From a virus (taxonomy: Duplodnaviria > Caudoviricetes): 64,000 nucleotides of DNA. A program made the position numbers and the translations under genes. Position 1 is the stretch's first letter. Each line of letters starts with the position of its first letter. Where the stretch lies: positions 33,418 to 97,417 of IMG/VR virus record IMGVR_UViG_3300029288_000113. The stretch is one strand, 5' to 3'. The notes beneath the pieces were generated by a model, which saw nothing but the letters and a program-made list of their open reading frames with translations, had not been told where the DNA came from and did no database searches. Positions 37,659 to 46,797 of this stretch are shown in pieces.

Positions 37659-38011
37659 CCCATTTCCTCCATCAGACCCTGAGTGCCCTCAGTCAGCTCT
37701 TGGTCCAGCCTGGCCACATCCTGCCTCAGTTCCAGGATCATCTCTTGGGCCTGGGCGTCATCCGGCACCCCATATTCCTGGGTCCGTTGGAGCTCGAGCT
37801 GCTTGATCTGGCCCTCGCCCTGTGCAGTGATGTGCTTCGCCTTGTCAATCCATTCCTGGGCCAACCTTAGTTTCTCAACCCGGTCCTGTGACCCAATGGC
37901 CCGTTGCCTCAGCTGCTCCAGTTCTGGGAATGGGTTGGCTGTCTGGCTATTGGCTGGGGTGGGTAGGTTGGCTGTCTGGCTATTGGCTGGGGTGGGAGGG
38001 TTGGCCATCAT
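37646..38011 (-). CDS. Coiled-coil protein (possible SbcC middle fragment)
   Basis: Heptad-rich; sits within the SbcCD cluster. Confidence 0.55.
   Translation of the reverse strand: MMANPPTPANSQTANLPTPANSQTANPFPELEQLRQRAIGSQDRVEKLRLAQEWIDKAKHITAQGEGQIKQLELQRTQEYGVPDDAQAQEMILELRQDVARLDQELTEGTQGLMEEMGWVI
37933..38005. repeat. 33-bp tandem repeat (~2.2 copies)
   Basis: GGTTGGCTGTCTGGCTATTGGCTGGGGTGGG at 37933 and 37966, partial at 37999; encodes PTPANSQTAN twice. Confidence 0.85.
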
Positions 38012-38355
38012 CGTATATCTCCTTGTGGGATAGCAATGCCAGCAAATAGTCCTATCTTCGGTGTCCGATTAATGTTCCCGCTGATGAACTCATTGGCCAT
38101 TTTCCAGACCAAATTCTCCAGGCAGTCCATGACAGAGTCACCGCTCATGTGCAAGGCCCGATCCACCTTGGCAATACTGTCCTTGTCTGGTGGCCAGGAT
38201 ATGTGTCCAATGAATTGGCAGTGCCCCTGTATCAATTCCGGATGCCGCTCCATGGTCAGGCTGGCACCATGCTCAATGGCATTTTGTATCGTACGAATTA
38301 TGTCTTGTTCTTTCATTTGAAGATTTCTCCTCTCGATTATCCGACCCATCTCCAT
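38008..38355 (-). CDS. Hypothetical protein
   Basis: ORF tiles the gap. Confidence 0.5.
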   Translation of the reverse strand: MEMGRIIERRNLQMKEQDIIRTIQNAIEHGASLTMERHPELIQGHCQFIGHISWPPDKDSIAKVDRALHMSGDSVMDCLENLVWKMANEFISGNINRTPKIGLFAGIAIPQGDIR

Positions 38356-39257
38356 ATTAAATCCTTGACACTGTCCCTTACTGGATTAATCTCCATGTGG
38401 GCCTTGAGGTTTGACTGGAAATCGAGTCCCAGCTCCACATTTGAGTCCAGACGTTTAACGAAGGCACTGATCCGGTTGTCCCTGGCCTTCTCCTGCTCCA
38501 GTTGGGTCAGGTCTAGGACGCCTGGCTCGATGGGCAGGTCGATCCTCCATAGGTAGATCTCAGGATCAGGAGGCACACCGGATTCAGCCCGGAACACACA
38601 GGGTTTGTGGTCGATCTGGGCCGCAGTCATGCGCATCATGGACCCGGGGTTGACTAACCACCTGTCCTTGCCATCCAGGGCCGAGCTTGGCTGTACGGTG
38701 AATGTCTGGTGGTTGTCGCCAGTCACAATGACCTGGTAATATAGGTATTTCCTCAGAATCAGTGTCGGGTCATCCGGCTTGTGCCCAGGCCAGAGCGGTG
38801 CCTGGGCCACCATCCTGTGCCAAATTAGAATGTTTTTGTATTTTGGTGCAAACATTGCTGGGTCCGGTTCTTCCCCCCAGGCACAGCCCCATGCACACCA
38901 ACCGTCACCCCAAACCAAAGATGCCCGGTCCTTGGTCAATATCCTAATGACCCCGGCCGCCTCCAGGACCGCCATGCTGGATCGGTCGTACTGTACCAGG
39001 CTGTGTTCAGGTAGGTCGTGCTGTCCGGGCACACAGATGACCTCCACCCCATATTCTCGCAACAGGGTGATGAGCCACTGCTCCAGCCATGGGTCTGACC
39101 TGGCCTTGTCCAGCAAGTCGCCGGCTACTATCAATGGCGGGGTTGCCCTGGCCAGATCGAGGATGAAACGCAGCTTCCTTTCTTGGGTGGCCATGAAGTC
39201 ATCGGTCCTGGCCCTAGGCGCGGTGGATCGGAGGTGTAGATCGGCAGCAAATATCAT
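38337..39257 (-). CDS. SbcD/Mre11-like metallophosphoesterase nuclease
   Basis: ADLH, AGD..D, PGQHD, GDNH and NPGS. Confidence 0.85.
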   Translation of the reverse strand: MIFAADLHLRSTAPRARTDDFMATQERKLRFILDLARATPPLIVAGDLLDKARSDPWLEQWLITLLREYGVEVICVPGQHDLPEHSLVQYDRSSMAVLEAAGVIRILTKDRASLVWGDGWCAWGCAWGEEPDPAMFAPKYKNILIWHRMVAQAPLWPGHKPDDPTLILRKYLYYQVIVTGDNHQTFTVQPSSALDGKDRWLVNPGSMMRMTAAQIDHKPCVFRAESGVPPDPEIYLWRIDLPIEPGVLDLTQLEQEKARDNRISAFVKRLDSNVELGLDFQSNLKAHMEINPVRDSVKDLIWRWVG

Positions 39258-39280
39258 TCCTTATGACTCCCAATCATTTC

Positions 39281-40480
39281 TTATTTCCATTTTATCTCCT
39301 GCCCACACAGGGGACACTGGTCGCCAAATTCTTGCTTTAATTCTGCTTCCCTTTCCCTTATTATAGCCTGTTTTTCTATTAGGCCTTGCCTAGATATGGT
39401 AATCTGCTCAGTCAATAATGTCAGCCTGGATAGGTGTTTCTTCTTGGCCTGGATGAGGTTGTTCTTGGCCAGACATTCGGACACCTGGGCATCCTTTGCC
39501 AACCCAGGGGTCAACAATGATAATCCAAACCTGATTGTTTGTAGATGATCACTGATGGTGGTCAGGCCTCTCAAGGCGTCAGATTTGGATTCCATGTCGG
39601 ACTGCAGGCCTGTAAGAATGACCAGTCTTCCTGGCACACGTTTGGGAATGCAAGCATGGGCCATGTCAGATTTGATTGTGCATAACTGATCCTGGATGGA
39701 GATCAGTGATTTCAGTTTGTTGTGCCTGGACTCCATGGTGGATTCTAGTCCTGATAGGCAGGCCAGCCTTTGTGGCACCGTGACGGCCACCTGGGCATGG
39801 GCAAGGGTGGCCCGCAGCCATATGAGTTGCCCTTGCAATCTCTCAAGGCCCTCGCCCATGGTCTTCTTCCGGGCCATCTCCCTCTCCTGGGCCTCGAGCA
39901 GGTCCAGGAACTCGGCCCCTGCATCCAGGTCGGGGAACCCGGCTTCCTGCTGCCTGAGTTCGGACAACTGCCCTTCCCTGGCTTTGGTCTCCTGGTCATT
40001 GTGCCTCTTGTCTGACATATGGGCGGCCAGTGCCTTGTCTATGGCATCCAGGTGGACCACCCGGTTCAAGGTGCGGGCCACCTCCCCGGGTGTATCAAAC
40101 AATAGGAATGGCCTGTCATGCTGGCCGGAAATATTGAGCTCACCCAAGTTGAGGGCATCTGTTACAGCCTGGGGCACACCCTGGCCGAAGCCAGACAGTT
40201 CGTCGCCGTCCACTATATATCTCTGTGGGCTGGTTCCCTCCCAGGCGGTTGCATGCCCATCGGTGGTCTTGACCTCAACCCTGGTGGTGTTTCTGGGATC
40301 ATGTTTGTGAATCCAGCGTTCCATGCCCCGTATGGGAGAGTTCCATCCGAGCTTGACTATGCCCCTGAATATGGCCGTCTTGCCCTGGCGGGATTTGCCG
40401 ATGATATAGTTGACACCAGGATGGAACTCGACCTTGGTGTCGGCGTGTGATTGTAGTGTCAGGCGGATGGATTGGAGCAT
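39281..40480 (-). CDS. SbcC/Rad50-like ATPase, N-terminal half
   Basis: QSH..T..EF..GVN.I.GKSRQGKT Walker A; Q-loop; coiled coil; C-terminal CPLCG zinc hook. Confidence 0.85.
   Translation of the reverse strand: MLQSIRLTLQSHADTKVEFHPGVNYIIGKSRQGKTAIFRGIVKLGWNSPIRGMERWIHKHDPRNTTRVEVKTTDGHATAWEGTSPQRYIVDGDELSGFGQGVPQAVTDALNLGELNISGQHDRPFLLFDTPGEVARTLNRVVHLDAIDKALAAHMSDKRHNDQETKAREGQLSELRQQEAGFPDLDAGAEFLDLLEAQEREMARKKTMGEGLERLQGQLIWLRATLAHAQVAVTVPQRLACLSGLESTMESRHNKLKSLISIQDQLCTIKSDMAHACIPKRVPGRLVILTGLQSDMESKSDALRGLTTISDHLQTIRFGLSLLTPGLAKDAQVSECLAKNNLIQAKKKHLSRLTLLTEQITISRQGLIEKQAIIREREAELKQEFGDQCPLCGQEIKWK
39359..39375 (-). promoter_or_regulatory. Replication-arm promoter motif AAAACAGGCTATAATA
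   Basis: One of five copies; lies inside the 3' end of sbcC-N, upstream of the SbcD-like gene. Confidence 0.55.
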
Positions 40481-40481
40481 T

Positions 40482-40799
40482 TTATTTGCCCCTGATGTGT
40501 CCGGCTAATGTACATAATTCCTGGTACAGCGGCCCGGGATCATTAGGCTCGCTGTACAGCTCTGCCACATGGTATAGTTCTGCAGGCGTGTAATAGAACA
40601 TGACTGTGAGGGGGTGTTCCAGGCCATAGATGATCTTGTACCCATCCTGGTTCTTTTTGGGATTGCTTGTCAATGGGCATTGATCCAGTGGCCCCATGCG
40701 GTCCTGGAGCCTGGTCCCGGCCTCCTCCTGGGTCCAGCCTTGTCCTTCCCTCAGCTGCATGAGCCTCAGGCACAACATTTCCAGGTTGACCCTGCTCAT
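40482..40799 (-). CDS. XRE-like HTH protein
   Basis: RL.QLRE..GWTQEEAG; LE.P. Confidence 0.55.
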   Translation of the reverse strand: MSRVNLEMLCLRLMQLREGQGWTQEEAGTRLQDRMGPLDQCPLTSNPKKNQDGYKIIYGLEHPLTVMFYYTPAELYHVAELYSEPNDPGPLYQELCTLAGHIRGK

Positions 40800-41335
40800 G
40801 GCATTATTTCCTTGCTGACAGAAAATTCTAGGCAGACCAGCCTTGGCGGATTGCCCTCGGATTTCATTTCGATGATTTCGACATGGATGTTGATGTCGGG
40901 ATCATGATTGAGGTCCTTGATGACCTGGTTCATCTCGTCCTTGATCTTGTGGAGTTTCTGCACCATGTCAAGGCATCGGGGTTCATGGCTGGTGTCGGTG
41001 CATCTTATGGATTCCATTTGATCAAGGCATTCCTTGGCCATCTGGGCTGCCGCCTCGGCCCGGTCGGCTGCCTCTCGTGCAAGCAGTGCCTTGCCGTCTG
41101 CCCTGCTTGCGGCCGTCATGGCTTCATCGGCATATTGTTTGGCCTGGACATCGGTCATTGTGGCCTTTTTGTCTTCTGGCATGAGAAATTTGGCAAAACT
41201 TTGGTCAACTTCATTTATCCCGATGACCTTGATCATGGGATTGAATCTGAACAGTTGATCGGCATAGTATTGCAATTTTTCCCTAGAGAGTATGGCCTCC
41301 TCTCCCACTTCCACAACTACGACCACACGTTTCAT
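40796..41335 (-). CDS. Hypothetical helical protein
   Basis: AAGGAGG RBS; ATGA overlap. Confidence 0.5.
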   Translation of the reverse strand: MKRVVVVVEVGEEAILSREKLQYYADQLFRFNPMIKVIGINEVDQSFAKFLMPEDKKATMTDVQAKQYADEAMTAASRADGKALLAREAADRAEAAAQMAKECLDQMESIRCTDTSHEPRCLDMVQKLHKIKDEMNQVIKDLNHDPDINIHVEIIEMKSEGNPPRLVCLEFSVSKEIMP

Positions 41336-41922
41336 TGCCGGGCCCTCCTTGGGATCGTGTTGATGCATGCTATTATCAGGTCCTGGAACACCCCCATGTC
41401 CATGACCACGACCGGATCAATCCTATCTTTCTCGAGTACCGCCCTTCGTTTCACCACCAGCATCCAGGCCTCACCATCCGGGGTGTTGGCCATGGCCTGC
41501 CTGATGGCCTGCTGCAGGTTCCAGCTCTTGGTGTTCTTGCATTCACAGTTGGTTGGGAATTTCAGGATTTCAGACAGTAATTTCTTGGCCCTGGGGCTTA
41601 GAACCACATCCACCCCGGCCTGACCAGATTGCCTGGGCTTGATCTCGGCATCATCATCCCTGGAGCTTGCCCATGGTATGCCGGTGATGGCCGAGTAGAG
41701 CCCACAGGCCTGCTTCTGTAGGTCCTGGCCCGCATTACGGCTGGTCCCATGCCTGCCCCTGGTAATCTTATGGAATACCTTGTTGAGCAGGTCCTGCCTT
41801 TTGCCCTCACCATCGGGCAGCGGCTGACCCTGGATCATGGATATGCACTCCCATGCTGCTGGGGTGAGCTCAAAGGCCAGGGTCCTGATATAATCTTTCT
41901 TTTTAAGTTTGGTCTTGGCCAT
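41332..41922 (-). CDS. PD-(D/E)xK Holliday junction resolvase-like nuclease
   Basis: G..LQK, GQAGVDV, ECKN and QA..N motifs. Confidence 0.7.
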   Translation of the reverse strand: MAKTKLKKKDYIRTLAFELTPAAWECISMIQGQPLPDGEGKRQDLLNKVFHKITRGRHGTSRNAGQDLQKQACGLYSAITGIPWASSRDDDAEIKPRQSGQAGVDVVLSPRAKKLLSEILKFPTNCECKNTKSWNLQQAIRQAMANTPDGEAWMLVVKRRAVLEKDRIDPVVVMDMGVFQDLIIACINTIPRRARQ

Positions 41923-42041
41923 TAGGTAAATACCTGATCGATGGCTTTGTCCAATAGTTTTCTTGTTATGCCGAGAAGTTCATGGGGGATAGAGACACAT
42001 AGGTATAGAAAAAGAAGTGTAAATTCAATAATCGGTTTCAC
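41922..42041 (-). CDS. Small AT-rich peptide (39 aa)
   Basis: Read by hand. GTGA overlap with the recA stop and TAATG overlap downstream. Confidence 0.4.
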   Translation of the reverse strand: MKPIIEFTLLFLYLCVSIPHELLGITRKLLDKAIDQVFT

Positions 42042-43168
42042 CTTACCTTCTCCTTTCGCTTGGGCCTGAGCTGTTCCTCAATCTCGCCCCAGACATCCAC
42101 CACCCAGTCCCTGATGTCCTGCTCCAGGTTGTTTTCCTCAACATACCTGATTGCGCCCTCCAGGCTGACGAAATGCTTGTCCCCGATTACATACCCGATC
42201 TTCTTGACATCGGGTTTTGTCGGGTGCTCCTCCATTTGCCCGTGGGCCTTGAGCCACTCCAGGTTGGCCCCGATCTCGTCCCAGCCGTAGTTATAGATGA
42301 GTCTGAGTGGGACCCGATACCCTGGCCGGTTCAGGACCGGCTTACGTATCCAGGCCACCACGGAGATGCCCACCACATGCTTCTCCGCCTTGGCCATGGC
42401 CCCGACCTTGATTTCCCTGGTGATGTCCCCAGTCTTGTACAGGCCGATCCTGAGGCTGGAGTAGAACCCGATTGCATTGCCCCCGGAGGTGTCTTCCGGC
42501 CCCATGTCCCGTTGCCGGACCTGATCTGTACAGAACATCAGGATGTTATGGGCGAATATGTGATCAGAGACCATGCGGAAACCCTCGGAGAAATCCTTGG
42601 CCCGCTTCTTGCCCATCTTGTCCCCCTGGTCCATCTCCATCCTGGAGGCCAGGGAGGCCAGGGAGTCCACGGCATAGATGTTGATCCTGGATGGATCCGG
42701 GGCCCATGCCTTGGTCTTATCCCTCTTGGATTTCACCTCAACTTCCTTGCCAGTCTGCTGGTCCTGCTTGGTCTTGGTGATTATTGGGCCGATCAGGGTC
42801 TCGAATATGTCGGTGATGGTGCCGGTCCTGATCACCTCGGATTGGTTCAGCTTGACTCCGAATGTGTCACAGTACCCAGGATTCAACCTGCCTTCCGGGT
42901 CCCGGACAATGTACTGTCCCCCGGCCCTCTGGACAGCCCCCAGGACATCGGCCATGAGTGTGGTCTTGCCGGTGCTGTTCTGGCCATACACCTGGACGAT
43001 GCACCGGCCCGGGATGCCCCCGTACCTGGCCACACTGCTGGATATGGCCAGGTCGAGGAGCAATGAGCCGGTGGACACCAATTGGCCCCAGTCCAGGGGC
43101 TTATCGAACACCTGGGCTGGAGCCTGGGCTGATTGCTGGATCTGTTCAGGAAGCGACTTGGTCATCAT
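42038..43168 (-). CDS. recA: RecA/UvsX-like recombinase
   Basis: STGSLLLDLA, GGIP.R, GQNSTGKTT, VDSLA, QVR and SGG.A..FYSS.R. Confidence 0.85.
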   Translation of the reverse strand: MMTKSLPEQIQQSAQAPAQVFDKPLDWGQLVSTGSLLLDLAISSSVARYGGIPGRCIVQVYGQNSTGKTTLMADVLGAVQRAGGQYIVRDPEGRLNPGYCDTFGVKLNQSEVIRTGTITDIFETLIGPIITKTKQDQQTGKEVEVKSKRDKTKAWAPDPSRINIYAVDSLASLASRMEMDQGDKMGKKRAKDFSEGFRMVSDHIFAHNILMFCTDQVRQRDMGPEDTSGGNAIGFYSSLRIGLYKTGDITREIKVGAMAKAEKHVVGISVVAWIRKPVLNRPGYRVPLRLIYNYGWDEIGANLEWLKAHGQMEEHPTKPDVKKIGYVIGDKHFVSLEGAIRYVEENNLEQDIRDWVVDVWGEIEEQLRPKRKEKVR

Positions 43169-43473
43169 ATCATTTCTTCCAATTGATTTTTGATTTCAAA
43201 TAGGATTTCCAGTAAGACATCAACAGATTTTGGATTATCGAACAACAACCGGACCCCGGGCACATATCCCTCATATCCGAGTTCGTCGGTTCGACATTTA
43301 TCGGTGAACCGTTCAAGCCCAGGAATCTCATCGCCAATGGGATGAGGCTCCGGGGCTTGCATCAATTCAATGGCCCTGATCTGTGGGGCTTCAGGCAAGG
43401 TGCCGGAAATCACCGCCACTGTACCATGACTGAACTTTACTACAGTGGCCCCATCATCACCTTCGTAAATCAT
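43165..43473 (-). CDS. Hypothetical protein
   Basis: GAGG RBS; ATGA overlap. Confidence 0.5.
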   Translation of the reverse strand: MIYEGDDGATVVKFSHGTVAVISGTLPEAPQIRAIELMQAPEPHPIGDEIPGLERFTDKCRTDELGYEGYVPGVRLLFDNPKSVDVLLEILFEIKNQLEEMI

Positions 43474-43495
43474 TCGTTTTCCTCAAGAGGTGAAA

Positions 43496-43559
43496 GGGAG
43501 GCCCAGGGTCGATTCCCTGGCCACCGGGCATTTCTTCCCGGCAGCGGTACCAGCCTCCC
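43496..43559. other. Structured intergenic element (three-way junction, tRNA-like or terminator)
   Basis: GGGAGGC/GCCTCCC 7-bp closing stem enclosing two hairpins (CCAGGG/CCCTGG and CCGGG/CCCGG). Confidence 0.55.
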
Positions 43560-43568
43560 ATGTTTTTT

Positions 43569-44747
43569 CTATCTGCTGGGCCTTCGCGGCATGGGGGCCG
43601 TACCACCGGGCCCGGCTGCTACGGGTTGGGGACCAGGGGTGGCAGCCGTCGGCCCAGGCATGGCAACAGGAGACGGACTGGCCGCGATAGGTGCCGGGGC
43701 GGGTTCACACTCGACCCTCAGTTGGCAGGTCTGGCACTCCTGCCAGGTCCCGAAGCTCCTGCCCAGGACACCACCATGTGAGGCATATGGGCACTGCTTG
43801 GCCGGCGCACCGAACAGGGGTGGATTGTCCGCCACCGTTCCCATGCTGACCTCACCCGGTCCGTACACCGGTCCCTGGGCTGCAACATCAGGCCCGGGCT
43901 GACCTGGCATGCCAGGGCCCGGCCCGGCCCACACGCCCTCGCCGGTGGGTTGGCCACCAGCAGGATGCCCCTTCATCATCTCGACGATCTCCTTGAGTTC
44001 ATCATAGTCTGGGACATCGAAGAAGTCATCAAGGCACATGGCTGACTGCAGGACCTGGACCGGCACGGGGTTCTGCCTGACGTAAAAGGAGTGACCCTTG
44101 TAGTCATCGTACTGGCCCTTCTTGTAGACCTGGAAACTGATATGCCGGCCGCCCTCGTTGCCCGCAGTGGGCCAGGCATAATTGATGAACGCACCAGTCA
44201 TGGGGTCCCTGGCCACGGCCTGGAGCTTGGACTCCATGAACGAGTTGTTGATCGTCCACAGCGACACTGACTCCTGCCAGGTGATCTGCTGCGGATTGAG
44301 GTGGTTCACAACGTTGTAGGCGCCAATGGGATATGTGCCTGTGTTATAGGGCTTGGCCAGCTCCCAGGCCTGATCCCGGTTTAGACCGGTGTCGGCCAGG
44401 ATGCGGTTGCGTTCCTCGCAGGCGGCGCAGGGCTTGCCGTAGGTCCGGGCCATGCAGATGTACCGGTCATTGCTCGGGCCCATGTTCCGGTGGATGAATG
44501 CCCATGTGATGTGGACCAGGTGCCCCGGCTGGATCCGGTTCGTGGCCACCAGTGGATGATTGATGCCGGCCGGAAACATGATCAGGTCGACCACGTATGT
44601 CCGTTCTCCGGTCTGGGGTGCCGTGGGCTCAAACTTGGGGATGTCCTTGATCTTGTCCTGGAGGAACATCCCCTTCTTGCCGCCGAGTTCACGGCTGGCC
44701 TCCATGGATGCACCCTGCGTGTACCCTGAGTAATCAAACTGGTTCAT
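43569..44747 (-). CDS. Phage single-stranded DNA-binding protein (gp32-like) with C-terminal Cys motif
   Basis: IH...GP....IC...YGKPC.ACE zinc motif; LDD....PDYDEL; sits beside recA and uvsY-like genes. Confidence 0.65.
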   Translation of the reverse strand: MNQFDYSGYTQGASMEASRELGGKKGMFLQDKIKDIPKFEPTAPQTGERTYVVDLIMFPAGINHPLVATNRIQPGHLVHITWAFIHRNMGPSNDRYICMARTYGKPCAACEERNRILADTGLNRDQAWELAKPYNTGTYPIGAYNVVNHLNPQQITWQESVSLWTINNSFMESKLQAVARDPMTGAFINYAWPTAGNEGGRHISFQVYKKGQYDDYKGHSFYVRQNPVPVQVLQSAMCLDDFFDVPDYDELKEIVEMMKGHPAGGQPTGEGVWAGPGPGMPGQPGPDVAAQGPVYGPGEVSMGTVADNPPLFGAPAKQCPYASHGGVLGRSFGTWQECQTCQLRVECEPAPAPIAASPSPVAMPGPTAATPGPQPVAAGPGGTAPMPRRPSR

Positions 44748-44899
44748 GTGCCCTCTCCTTCTCCTTCTTTCTTGGAATTAAATTTCTTCTTGGTTTCAAA
44801 ATATGACAGGAATGCCGCCTTGGTCAAGAGCCTGATAACAACATAGGCAACAATCACCCCACCTATGACCATCAGTATGCAGAGGCCAATGGTGATCAT
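44744..44899 (-). CDS. Small membrane protein
   Basis: One TM helix plus basic tail; ATGA overlaps. Confidence 0.5.
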   Translation of the reverse strand: MITIGLCILMVIGGVIVAYVVIRLLTKAAFLSYFETKKKFNSKKEGEGEGT

Positions 44900-45798
44900 C
44901 TGGGCCTGCGTCGTGGTACCGGGGCGGCCTGCATCGGTGTGGGGTTCGCCTGCACCGGAGTGGGGCCTGGCTGAGTCACTTGTGGCATCCTGAGGTGCCA
45001 CCTGGGTTCCGGATCATCGAACCATTCGTAGATGATCTCAGACGGCCTGTCGGCGTACACGGCCACGATGACCATTCCTGAATCACCACTCCTGTCCAGG
45101 CATTCGTCCACTGTCGGAAATGGGCCGGCATCAAATCCATCCCTGAGCCGGCCGTTCTCCAGGGTGCCGATGGCATAGGTCGGGCCTTCGGGGACAGGCA
45201 TGGTCATGTGGGGCAGGTCCCCGGGTGCCTTCGTGGAATCGACAACCTTCTCGGGAATCGGGCCTGCCGCCAACGCGATCGGACTGGGTTGGCTGCAGAC
45301 GGGGGTAGGAGGGGCCATGCCCATGGCATCCATCGCAACTCCAGCCAGGATGTTGGCCTCGGTGGATCTCAGACTCATGGTGGCCTTATCTGTCCCCTCA
45401 ACCCTGGGGCTTGACCAGTACCCAGACAGGTACAGCTTGACCAGGTTCTCCAGCATGGAGCGCCGGGAAGCCAGGGCCGAGACCGCTCCCATGAGCAAGG
45501 ACACATCATGCTCGGCCTTGTGGTACCGATCCTGGGCCTCAATGTATGTGGGTGAGGTCCTGATCCTGCCATCCACCACTGCCTCCGTGAACTTGGCCTG
45601 GGCAGCAGTCAGTTCGGCCCTGATGGAGGAGTCCAGGTTGGCCCTGGTCACATCAAGGGACTGCTTGGCCTTGTCCCGGTTGAGCTGCGCCTGGGCCAGT
45701 TGCTTGGCATAGGCCATCATCCTGTTGGGCTGCTGCACCAGTTCCTCATCCAACAGGTCCTTGTTTATGTATAGGTCACGTTCAAAATTAAGTTCCAT
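44896..45798 (-). CDS. UvsY-like recombination mediator with Pro-rich C-terminal extension
   Basis: DL.I..D.LDEE...QP...KFTEA.V...I....Y...RRSMLENLV.L...GYWS.P. Confidence 0.6.
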   Translation of the reverse strand: MELNFERDLYINKDLLDEELVQQPNRMMAYAKQLAQAQLNRDKAKQSLDVTRANLDSSIRAELTAAQAKFTEAVVDGRIRTSPTYIEAQDRYHKAEHDVSLLMGAVSALASRRSMLENLVKLYLSGYWSSPRVEGTDKATMSLRSTEANILAGVAMDAMGMAPPTPVCSQPSPIALAAGPIPEKVVDSTKAPGDLPHMTMPVPEGPTYAIGTLENGRLRDGFDAGPFPTVDECLDRSGDSGMVIVAVYADRPSEIIYEWFDDPEPRWHLRMPQVTQPGPTPVQANPTPMQAAPVPRRRPR

Positions 45799-45815
45799 TT
45801 GGTTACCCCTTGTCT

Positions 45816-45833
45816 TATATTATAGCCCATTTT
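45816..45833 (-). promoter_or_regulatory. Promoter motif AAAATGGGCTATAATATA
   Basis: Repeated motif, upstream of the UvsY-like gene. Confidence 0.6.
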
Positions 45834-46797
45834 ACCCCATGCCCTGGTTGCCACAACTGCCCCAACAGGCGGCCACCAGGCCGGCCAGGCCGGAGTCATA
45901 GAAATTGCCCTTGAAGTTCTGGATCACCCTCCAGGCCTGGGTATTGGGCCTGTCACCTAGGAGGACCTTCTGCATGTAGGTCAGCACCGACAGGCGGGTC
46001 CTCTCTATGTCCTGCTTGTCACTCATGGACTGAAGCTGGCCCCTGCACCCCTGCCAGTCGGACTTGAGCAGGGCCCGGCACAGGTCGATGACCGAGGCCT
46101 CGGAGACGGTGGTGCGGCGGACCACCTCGATGACCTGGCCCATGTCCTCCATGTCGATCACCTGGTCGAGCAGCTTCAGTGCCTGGCCTGGGCTTCCCCA
46201 TGAGGATTTGACAATCTCCTGCAGGACCTGCTGGGGATAGTCGGTGATCCCCTCCTTGGCCAGGGAATTGGTCAGGAATTGCATCATCTCGGGTTCAATC
46301 AGGGGTTTTACGTCATAGCGATGCAGGCGCCGTTCGATGGTCTTTTTCTTCGACTTGGAGACCAGGGCCTCTGGATCGGTTGTGCAGAGAATGAACATGA
46401 CATGCCGGGGCGGTTCCTCGAGCACCTTGAGCAATGAGTCCTTGGCATCCGGGGTGGCACCCTGGCACTCATCCAGCATGTAGACCTTGATCGGGCCATT
46501 GGATGGTGCGTAGTGGATGTTCATTTTCAGCTTACGGACATCATCGATACCCCTGGCATCCGAGACATCCATCTCCTGGTAATCCAGGGCCCATTCCGGG
46601 TTCTTGCTGTCACAGCCATAGGCCCGGGCCAATATCCTGGCCAGGGTGGTCTTGCCGCATCCGGATTCACCGACGATCAGGAAACCAGATGGCCTGTCCG
46701 TGGTCCGGGCCATTATGGATCTGAGGCTAGCCTTGAGGCTCTCGTTGCCAAAGAAATCATCCAGGGTCTTGGGGCGATGGTCAAGTTGCAGTGGCAT
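45832..46797 (-). CDS. dnaX: DNA polymerase III gamma/tau-like clamp loader
   Basis: RPKTLDD..GN, GESGCGKTT, GIDDVR, LDEC, LLKVLEEPP and LCTTDP. Confidence 0.85.
   Translation of the reverse strand: MPLQLDHRPKTLDDFFGNESLKASLRSIMARTTDRPSGFLIVGESGCGKTTLARILARAYGCDSKNPEWALDYQEMDVSDARGIDDVRKLKMNIHYAPSNGPIKVYMLDECQGATPDAKDSLLKVLEEPPRHVMFILCTTDPEALVSKSKKKTIERRLHRYDVKPLIEPEMMQFLTNSLAKEGITDYPQQVLQEIVKSSWGSPGQALKLLDQVIDMEDMGQVIEVVRRTTVSEASVIDLCRALLKSDWQGCRGQLQSMSDKQDIERTRLSVLTYMQKVLLGDRPNTQAWRVIQNFKGNFYDSGLAGLVAACWGSCGNQGMG

Noticed and set aside
43496-43559. Canonical tRNA gene
   Set aside because: No D arm, non-canonical T loop, 8-nt anticodon-position loop and no CCA; kept only as a structured element.
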